This document shows positions 50,295 through 60,398 of a stretch of DNA of 64,000 nt, piece after piece (position 1 is the first letter of the stretch; every line of letters starts with the position of its first letter). The notes under the pieces were generated by a model that was not told where the DNA came from, ran no database searches, and worked only from the letters and a program-made list of their open reading frames with translations. The stretch comes from Geosiphon pyriformis uo1 (lineage: Eukaryota > Fungi > Glomeromycota), in assembly GCA_016748015.1 (NCBI GenBank), contig JAAOMT010000512.1, forward strand, positions 1,212,719 to 1,276,718. Direction: 5' to 3'. Made by a program: the position numbers and the translations under genes.

Positions 50295-51271
50295 TGTTAC
50301 TGGAGGTTTTTGGTCTCTTTTCTTGAATGTTGTTAATGTTGATTTGCTGTGAATTTATGTTCCCAGGAAGTAGTTAGACCTCCAGTAACTGAATTTATCT
50401 TCAAATTATCTCCTATAATTTGAACTGCTGGGCTTATAAGTGAAATAGCCAATTCCATGCCAGTTGCTTTATGTAGTTACATTGTAGTAAACATTAACTC
50501 TTTCCCAGGAATTGCTCATCTGGAAGCTCACAAAAAAATGTGTAGTTACTTTGCTGTGAAAGTCAACTCTTCTACAGAAAGCTTGTCTGTAGGCTACCCT
50601 AATAATTGTAATAAGACAAGGAAAGAAAAATAAAAGAAAATGTAAAGGAAATTGAATTTTGTCAAGAGAAACGTTTTCTATTCAGGCCTGGAGTTATTAA
50701 CAGTTCACTGAAATTGGTAGCTAATCAATTTCAAAACGTTAGTTGGGTTTTGAGAATTTTTCAAGTGCAATAATTAAAGAATTTGGTTTTTTGAATTATT
50801 TGATATTTATTTCTTTTTGTGTGTGTAAGAATAGTTCTAAGTAATAAATCTAAAGTAAGATAAAATACATTTTCTCAAAGAAAGAAGCTCTTCTTTTATA
50901 CAACTTGTTGTAACACTATTCTATGAACTTGAACTTTGCTATTTTTTTCAATTTCGCTGAACTAGAGATATATTTCAGCAAACTACAAGTTATTTCTGTG
51001 AATTATTAAATATTTTGGTGAACTATCAATTATTTTGGCAAATTTCTACAAATTTCAGCAAATTCTTAAATGTTACATAGTTTGGGGTATTGCATGATTG
51101 ATTATCACAATTAGGTTACATTTATGTTACATACAAATTGGGTTATTAATTAAATGATAATTTCGGATATTTTACTAAATGTAATAAGTGATAATTTGAA
51201 ATGCTAATTAATGATAAGAATTATAAGAGTAATTTCATGTTAAGCAATATCTCTAATTTTGTCTGGTAATA
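50295..51271 (-). repeat. Solo LTR of the E1/E2 family inside E2 pol
   Basis: TGTTACTGG...CTGGTAATA; TSD TTGG on both sides; excision restores DIFAKNNNDL; no PBS/PPT. Confidence 0.93.
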
Positions 51272-51782
51272 TTGGCAAAGATATCGGCAAATTCTGCAAT
51301 TAGCTTTTTGAGCTGGTTCTGTTGTTGTGGTTCAAGTTGTCCCATGTTGATTCAAGATAGTTTTTCTATGACAACATGATAGTTTTCAGAACTGGAATTT
51401 GGGTTGATTTTTGGTAGTAAATGTTCAATGATTTCCGAGAAATTGAGAACTGTCTGGGGTAATTCTTGTTGAAAGATGTTACTGTGAATAACTCCAATTT
51501 CTATGTTATTTAATAAAACTATGAGGTAACTGTTGAGATTGTAAAAAGTAACTCGGACTTTCTTTGTTCCTTCTGGAATGTAAATATTTGAGATCAAGAT
51601 ATTATGTTCCAAGCAGATTTGTTCATTGGACTCAAAAATTTGTTATGCAGTTATTGGCTTTGGGCAGGTGTAGATTTCCAGATGTTCTCCAAAGGGTGAA
51701 ATAGTAATTGGTTGTGAAAGTCATAGAATCTGATGAGATTCATTTTGTTTGTTAAGAGCTATGTTTACTGGAACTGTGAATT

Positions 51783-52215
51783 ATCCAGTTGAACCAAAAT
51801 CTTGGGTTTCTCTATCGCTTTTTCCTAATTGTTCTCTTTGATTGACTAGTTGCAAACCCGAAATGTTGATTAGGGGTAGGTAAATAGCTTAGGCAATTTT
51901 TTCAGCATGTTTGATCTTGAAAGGTTTATCGGTTTCATTTTGGAGTATTACTGTTATGTCACCAATATATCCAGCATCAATTATTCCTCCTCTGACATTG
52001 ATTCCTTTGCTTGCCAGAGAGGACCAGGAGGCAATTTGAACTATTGCTCCTGTTAGGATTTCGAGGGCAATTTTGAGGTTGATTTTTGTGAGAGATTTGG
52101 GTTTGAAAATAAGAGTATCCTTGTCTGGATATCTTAGGTCATATCCAGCATCAATTTCATGTGCTTTTTTGGGTTTTATTCCTTGTTCATTGTTGTTGAA
52201 GTATTTGAGTTGTAA
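51783..52215 (-). pseudogene. E2 dUTPase domain within pol
   Basis: DAGYDL, GGIIDAGYIG, EKIA*(Q), DRETQDFGSTG. Confidence 0.92.
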
Positions 52216-55200
52216 GGCAGGCTGATTTTCAATGAGATAGATGGATGTTGCTTCAATTTTTTCTGTTGCTTCAAGTTCTCCAATTTCAATTTCATTTTCA
52301 TCATTTTTACTGGGTAGGGGAATGCTAAGAGCATAGCATTCAGGACACCACTGTTCATCACAAGGCATAATGTATTCTTCATATAGCCTAATGTTCATTT
52401 GCTCCAATCATTGAATTTGAGCTTCTTGGATTGGGTAGGTGTGACTTGCAATTTGGTGGTAGATTTCTACTTTATCTTTATAATTGAATCCAGCTAATTC
52501 CATGGTGTATTCAATGTATTCTGCTTCCTTCATTTGATGAACATCTTTTTTGGTAGCTCTATTAACTAATGTTATTGCTAGATCAAAAATCATCTCAGCA
52601 TTATGGAGGTAGTGATAAAGTTTGTTAAAAGCACTGTTGTATGCCGCATTAAAGAGTGTTCCTTTTTTGACTTTTTTGAAATTGATAAAGCATATTGGCA
52701 GGTCTGATTGCAGACTCCTTCTCTCATTGCTACATCAATCCAATTGCATTCTTTCAGTAGCATATCTCCACAAGTCAAACAAGAGGTGTTGTTCCATTTT
52801 CCGCTTCTTTTTATTAGATGACCCCATCATTCTCTGTGGCAAGCTTTGTAGTAATAACAAGTATAATTTTCATATTCTTCTTCAGGTAAAATGCAGGCTC
52901 CCATTGATGAGAGTTTCTTGTGGCAATCTTTGCATTTGAGTGGAATGTAAGGGCATTGTTTTCGTGGTTCTGGTTTTGAATAGAAAACATTTCATTCAGT
53001 TGTCACTAGTTCTTTTGTTTCAAAAAAATCATTTGTTAAAAAGTACTGTTGTTCAGTTTTATCAGCCCAATTGGAAGTTGATCCAAGTGCCATAAATGTT
53101 TCAATAATGGGCTTTTCTTCTTCCAGTTCGAATTCAAAAGCCAGGGCTTTTTTGGAGCATTTGTTGAATGTACCACAAGTGGCAGGTATCTGGGCATGTT
53201 GTCCTTGGTAAGAGATTGTTAACTCTTATGTCTTCCAATTCAGATTAGCATTGGCTTTTTGAAGCCAATCATTTCTGATGAGAGCTTGGTATTGGGAAGC
53301 ATCCATGACCAGAACTTTGACTAAAATGATAATTCTGTCAATTGTGAATGGGAAGTTGTCAATTTCTCCTACTGAAGTCTTTTTTATGCCATCAGCAGTG
53401 ACAATAATTGTTTGAGCTGGTTGGTCAACGTTTCTCTTTAGCTGCTGTATCAATTAATATGTGATGATGCTTCCAGTGGATCCACTGTCTAGAATCAAGC
53501 AAATTGGCTTTTCTTCTACTTCAGCTTCTGTGTACATTGCAGTGATGGCTTTTTGTTCATTAGCCACTGCATTGCTAAGCAAAAATGGTAATTCATTTGC
53601 TTCAAATTCGAAAGAGAATATATCTGAAAAGTTGGCATTTTCAGCAATTCTGGCTGGTGGGATTGTGGTAGAAATATAGAAAGAGTTTTGTTGTTGTGCT
53701 GCAGCTCTACCTTCTAAGAGTACAGTATGGCAAAAATCCTGTTCTTCTGGTATCATAAGATAACTAGGTTGAGTATGATAGTGGTTGGGTCTTGGTTGGG
53801 GGAACTAATTGGTTGTTCGAATTGATTCTATTGTTGTTTACTTGGTATTGGTTTTGTGATGTGAATTGATTTTGTGGAATTAATCTTTGAGCAGGTACTT
53901 GATAATGTTGTATAGGTGGTTGTTGGTATTGCTGTTGGATTGGCTGTAGGGCAGGCTAATAATAGTTACTTTGGAATTGAAGTCTTAGTGAATAGTAAGC
54001 TGGTGGTGGTAGTTGATAATAAAATTGTTGTGGTAGAGGGTAACGTTGATTACTTCTATTTTGTTGGTCTCATTGTAGCTTTCTGCAATCTTTTTTCCAG
54101 TGGCCAGGGATTCTACAGTAATGGCAATTCTTAGGCTGGTTATTAGAAAGTGGTGTAAAGTTATTTTGATTTCGTTTTTGGGGTGATTGATATCTTTGGG
54201 ATTGCTGTTGTTGTTAGTTGGTAAAATAGTTTTCAACCTTCTTTGTAAGTTGGTCAATTTTCTTCTCAACTGCTGAGCTGGTTTCTTCAATTGCCAAATT
54301 TACAAGTTTTGTGTGATTGGTTTTTTCCATGGCCATTTTGTATCTTTTTGCATGCTGTATGGCAGAGTTTAAATCTTCTGAGACATGTGGGTAAACCTTT
54401 TTAATCAGTTTATCCTTTAGACCAACAATAAATTGATCCAAAATTTGAGTGTTTGAGTAATAATCATTGGTTTTTAGTTGACAAATCCTTCTGAGAAGTT
54501 TGTTAAACTTCCCAAGATAAGTTATAACAGATTCAGAGGATTCTTGTTTGATATTGTGAAACCAATTTCGAAGGGTAATGGAGGTATTATTGTCAGTAAA
54601 CTGTTCAAGAAAGGCTGCTTTGAAAGCATCCCAATCATTGAATAGAGCAGCCAAGTTTTCAAACCATTCTTCTGCTGTTCCTTTGAGAAAGTAGGGGATA
54701 GTTCTTAACATTCTAACAGCATTCCAACCATTTGCATCTCCTGCTTTAGTGACTTGATCAAGCCATTCTTAAGGACTGGTTTTGATGTTCTCTTCTGAAA
54801 AGTCAGAGATTTTTGCAATATAAGTGGAGACCATTTCTTCTTTGTTTTCCAAGTCTTCTGTTTCTTGTTCTGATTCAGTCTTTTCACTTTGATTTTCTGC
54901 TAAGTAGTCAATAAGGTTTGTGCTGGTTGATATTGGTTCTTGTTGTTGAATAGCGCTTTTGAGTGACTGAAAATCTTCTATTCTTGAAAATTGAATAAGA
55001 GGAGAATTTGGTGTTTGTGGTTGAGCAAGTGAAATTGGAAATGGTGTAATAGAAAGTGGTAATTTGACACTGGTTCTTTGTTTAGGTGTTTGCAAGTGTT
55101 TGGCAGTTGTCTTTGTCAGTATTGGAGTGTTTGGAGTGGTTTTTGAGTGTTGTTTCACTTTTTGTTTGCCTTTGTTGCTTGTTTCTGTTTCTGATTCAGA

Positions 55201-55577
55201 GTCAAAAGTGTATTTGGACTGCACTGGATATTTTTCTTTGCAATACTTGATAATGTTATAATTGAGTTCTTGAAAGTAGGTGGCAAGTGTTTCACTGTTA
55301 AGGTCTTCAGTTCCTAATCGTGAATAGTGCACTAAATTATTGTAGAGGTTGCTTCTAACTTTTGAAATGTTGTAATTTCCAAGAAGATAATTGTTGATAC
55401 GGTTTTCAATATATAGGTAAAGTGTTCTCTTGACAATTTCAGTTCCATTTGGAATGTTAAATCTTTGCTTACAATGGGTGTAAATTGACTGGTAATACTC
55501 TAGAGTTGCTGTATCTGGTGTGGTCACCACTTTGAATTTTTGTTGTTGCTATGTTATTTTTATGGGAGAGCACCAAA

Positions 55578-56559
55578 TGTTACCAGAGGTTTTTGGTCTC
55601 TTTTCTTGAATGTTGTTAATGTTGATTTGCTGTGAATTCATGTTTTCTGGATGTGGTTGAATCTCCAGTAACTAAATTTATCTTCAAATTATCTCCTATA
55701 ATTTGAACTGCTGGGCTTATAAGTGGAATGGCCAATTCCGTGCCAGTTACTTGTGTAGTTATGTTGTAGTAAACATCAACTCTTTTCCAGGAAATGCTCA
55801 TCTGGAAGCTTATTAAAATGTGTAGTTACTTTACTGTGAAAGTCAACTCTTCTACAGGAATTCTCATCTGTAAGCTACCCAAATAATTTATAATAAAAAA
55901 AGAAAGAGAATAAAAGAGATGTAAAAGAAAAATAAAACTGATGATTTATGAAAGTCGTTTCAGATCCAGACCTGGAAGTTCTTTAACAGTTTACTGAAAT
56001 TGGTAGCTAGTTAATTTCAAACTGTTGATAGGAATTGGTTAATTTCAAGGGAAATAATTAAGAATTTGGCTTTTCAAATTTATTTGATATTTATTTTGTT
56101 TTGTGTATAAAGGATAATTCTAATTGTTAAATCTGAAGTAAGATATATTTTCTCGAAGAGAGAAGCTTTTCTTTTATACAACTTGTCATAACACTATTCT
56201 ATAAACTTGAACTTTGCTATTTTCTTCAATTTCGCTGAACTAAAAATACATTTCGGCAAACTACAAGTTATTTCTGTAAACTATTAGATATTTTGGTGAA
56301 CTATCAATTATTTCGGCAAATTTCTACAAATTTTGGCAAACTTTTTGAATGTTACATAGTTCGGGGTATTGCATGATTGATCATCACAATTAGGTTACAT
56401 TTATGTTATGTACAAATTGGGTTATTAATTAAATGATAATTTCAGACATTTTGCTAATGTAATAAGTAATAATTTAAAACAATAATATATGTTAATTAAT
56501 GATAGAAATTATAAAGATAATTTCATGCTAAATAATATCTCTAATTTTATCTGGTAACA
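55578..56559 (-). repeat. 5' LTR of E2
   Basis: Followed on the minus strand by PBS TTTGGTGCTCTCCC. Confidence 0.95.
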
Positions 56560-57363
56560 CCATGAATTCTGGAATCTTTGCAATATAAGCAGTTGTTATT
56601 TCCTCTTTGTTTTCTGTGGCTTTTCCTTGTTCTGATTTAGTTTCTTCACTTTCCAAATTTTCTGAATGATCACTTTTGTTTTTTTGCAAGTATTCAATAA
56701 TATTGATGCTTGTTGATATAGGTTCCTGCTGTTGAGTAGGATTTCTAGATGACTGAAAATCTTCTGGTTTGGAGAAATGGTTAAGTGGTAAATTTGGTGT
56801 TTGTGGTTGAGCAAGTAAAATTAGAAATGGTGTGATAGAAAGTGGTAATTTGACACTGGTTCTTTGTTCAGGTGTTTGCAAGTGTTTGGCAGTTGTCTTT
56901 GGTAGTATTGGAGTGTTTGGAGCAGTTTTTGAGTATTGTTTCACTTTTTGTTTGCCTTTGTTGCCTGTTTCTGTTTCTGATTCAAAGTTAAAAAAGTATT
57001 TAGACTGTACTGGGTATTTTTCTTCACAATACTTGATAATGTTGTAATTGAGTTCTTGAAAGTAGGTGGCAAGTGTTTTACTGTTAAAATTTTCAGTTTC
57101 CAATCGTAAATAGTGTACTAGATTATTGTAGAGGTTGCTTCTCACTTCTGAAATGTTGTAATTTCCAAGAAGATAATTGTTGATACGGTTTTCAATGTAT
57201 TGGTAGAGTGTTTTTTCAACAATTTCAATTCCGTCTGAGATGTTGAATTTCTGCTTGCAATGGGTGTAAATTGACTGATAATACTCTAGAGTTGTTGTGT
57301 CTGGTGTGGTTACCACTTTAAAGTTTGTTGTTTGCTGTATTATTTCTATGAGAGAGCACCAAA

Positions 57364-58354
57364 TGTTACCAGAGGTTTTTGGTCTCTTTTCTTGAATGTT
57401 GTAACTGTCTGTTGGTTGCAAATTTACATTTTCTAGAAGTATTTGAATCTCCAATAACTGAATTTATCTTCAAATTATCTCCTCTAATTTGAATTGCTGG
57501 GCTTATAAGTGGAATGACCAATTCTGTGCCAGTTACTTTATATAGTTACATTGTAGTAAATGCCAACTCTTTTCCAGGAATTGCTCATCTGGAAGCTCAC
57601 TAAAAATGTGTAGTTACTTTGCTGTGAAAGTCAACTCTTCTACAGAAATTTCGTCTGTAGGCTACCCTAATGATTACAGTAAGAAAATAAAAAAAAATAA
57701 AAAAAATGTAAAAGAAATTGAATTTTGTTAAGGAAACCATTTTTTATCCAGGTTTGGAGTCACTAACAGTTTACTGAAATTGGTAGCTAATCAATTTCAA
57801 AATGTTAGTTGGGTTTTGGAGATTTTCCAAGTGCAATAATTAAAAAATTTGGTTTTTCAAATTATTTGATATTTATTTCTTTTTGTGTATATAGGAATAG
57901 TTCTAGTGATAAATCTAAAGTAAGATACATTTTCTTGAAGAAAAAAGCTCTTTTTTTATACAATTTGTTGTAGTACTAGTCTATGAACTTGCACTTTTTC
58001 TCTTTGCTCGAATTTCAGCAAACTAAAGATATATTTTGATGAACTACAAGTTATTTTTGCTAAACTATTGATTAATTTGGGTGAACTATTCATAATTTCG
58101 GTGAATTTCTTATAAATTTTGGCGAATTTCTGTAAATTTTGGCAAATTTTAGAATGTTACAAAGTTCAGAGTATTGTGTAATTTGATCATCTTACTTTCT
58201 GTTATACTAATTAGATTATTTTAATTAAATCGTGATATGTGATAATTGATTAAATAATAAATGATAATTTGAAATAATATTAATATACTAATTAATTATA
58301 AAAATTATAAGGGTAATTTCATGCTAATTAATAGTTAAAATTCTACTGGTAACA
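57364..58354 (-). repeat. 5' LTR of E1
   Basis: Followed on the minus strand by PBS TTTGGTGCTCTCTC; TSD TTGT at 58355-58358. Confidence 0.95.
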
Positions 58355-60398
58355 TTGTTCAGTAACTGAGTAGTTCTTTTCTGCTAGTGTAAAGAATTTA
58401 CTGACATATGCTATGGCATGTTTTCTGCCATTTTCATTTTTCTGTAAAAGAATAGTACCAAGTTCATAGCCAGATGTATCAGTATAGAAGATGAAAGGTT
58501 GATTCAGATTTGGTTGCTTGAGAATTGGTTTAGTAACAAGTTTTTCCTTCAGAATTTCAAAAGTTTTTTGTTGATAAGTGTCCCAGTGATAATTGACATT
58601 TTTTCTGAGTAGCTGATTGAGAGGAAAGGCAATTTTGGAGAAATTTTTGATAAATTTGCGATAGTAAGAGGCCAAACCAAGAAAAGAGCATAGTTCAAGA
58701 ACATTCATTAATTGTCTAATGTTTTGAACTTTTTCAACTTTAGCTAAGTCAGGGAAGATTCCATCTTTTGTAATAAAATAACCAAAAAACTGGGTGGATT
58801 GGTGTCCAAAGAAAGATTTGATTGGGTTGATCTTAAGACCAGCATTTCTGAGCAGGTCAAAAACCTTCTGTAAATATTCAAGATGTTCATCTTAGGTTTT
58901 TAAATATACTATTATGTTGTCCAAGTAAACCAGAACAAAGTTTTTTTTTACTAATTTAAACACTTTATTCATTAGATATTAAAAGGTAGAAGGAGCATTG
59001 GTAAGACCAAAAGACATAACTGTGAATTCATAGGTGCCATACTTGGTAATGAAAACAGTTTTTTTTCTGCTTTCTGAATCCATCTCTATTTGTCAGAATT
59101 CAGCAGTTAAGTCAATAGTTGAGAAGAAAGCAGCACCATTGAATTTATTTAGCATTGCATCAATTTTGAAGAGTGAGTACATGTCTCTTATAGTGACGGC
59201 ATTTAATTGACAGTAGTCAACACAGAAGCATAGAGTTCCACCTTTCTTGGATACCACTACAACTGGGAAAGTCCATTCACTCTTGGTTTTTTGTATAAAT
59301 CCAAGATCTTTTATCTGGTTTATTTCTTTCTTGATAAACTCATCATTGTATTAATTGGATTAATAAGGCTTCAAATGGATGGGGCAAGTTTCTTTTGTGG
59401 TAATAGTGTGTTGTATTACATGAGTTTATCCAGGGGTATCACTTTCTTTTAAGATCATTGGGCTATTTCTAGCCAACAGATTTTTAATGTTCACTTTTTT
59501 TTCTTTAAGGGAAGATTCTTTTTGTTCTATAACTAATAATTGGATTTCAGGTAATTCATTCTCAAAGAACTTTTGTACTTTTTTAAGTTTTTCTCGAAGT
59601 ATCAAACTAATTGGTTTCCAATCTTTGTAATAAATCAGGCAGGATTTGCATTCATCACTTGGTGAATACAAAAATTTATTACACCAATACCATGTACAAA
59701 AGCCATGCCACCAATAATTGTATTTGGCTTTTTTGCCAGGTTTTCTGTTAAAGATTTTTTTGAGGATATCATAGTAAAACCAGCAGATTAGCTTGTCATT
59801 TACCATGATTTCTTTTTTATCAGCTTTAATATTGTCCAGTGGCTTGTCATTACTGGTGAAGATAGTATAGACAAGTTCAGCAGTTTCTTCTTGTTTTTCT
59901 TGATCTTTATTATTATTGCTCTCATCATCATCTGATTCATCTAATTGTTTTTCTTCTTGGTTCTGTCGGGTTACTGGAGGAGTTGTTTAATGATGGCACT
60001 TAACCATAATGGGTTTCTTGCTACATCTAATGGTTAGTTCACAGAGTTCATAATCAAACAAGGCTTTAGCTTTTTTGAGCCATTCATTGTTAACTATTAT
60101 GGTGTATTTTTTTGCTTCAGATACTTCCATGTCAGTTTCATTGCTGATGTTATTAATTCGGACAGGAACAGCTTTGGCTATGCTCAGACTTTTTTTTTTG
60201 TTACCATGTACATTGGTCATTGGTCTTGTGAATGATTCATCAATTTTTCTGCCAATTGCTTCTAAAAAGTGTTTGGCAATAACACTAACAGATGATCTAC
60301 TGTCCAGGATCAAATCAATAAAGTAGCCAATCACTTGGGCTTTGCAAATCAAAGAAATAACATTGCTGTTATTAGCAAGTCTAGCTTGATGAAAGTGC

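Larger units (their letters stand above)
45707..56559 (-). mobile_element. Full-length Ty3/Gypsy element E2, same family as E1, inserted in E1 gag
   Basis: 982-bp LTRs 45707-46688 and 55578-56559; TSD CCGT/CCAT; excision restores IPEFTGEDN; PBS below 55578; PPT above 46688; PR LILDSGSTGS; same domain order as E1. Confidence 0.95.
37610..58354 (-). mobile_element. Full-length Ty3/Gypsy element E1 (Gag-PR-Cys-rich-dUTPase-RT-RH-IN-ORF3), interrupted in gag by E2
   Basis: LTRs 37610-38568 and 57364-58354 (TGTTACCAG...CTGGTAACA); TSD TTGT on both sides; PBS TTTGGTGCTCTC below 57364; PPT GAGGAGGAG above 38568; zinc knuckle CHYCGIPGHWKQDC; GPF integrase tail. Confidence 0.95.
34588..60398 (-). mobile_element. 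Ty3/Gypsy LTR retrotransposon E0 (3' LTR + pol; gag and 5' LTR outside window), interrupted by E1 and E4
   Basis: PR (LILDSRSSVS) 59987-60352; RT ~58700-59400; RNase H split at NYSVTEQ|ECLAVVWA; integrase (MHTDLLAGHFG..C, IGIDVVGPL) ~36000-37200; PPT at ~35327-35334. Confidence 0.85.
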
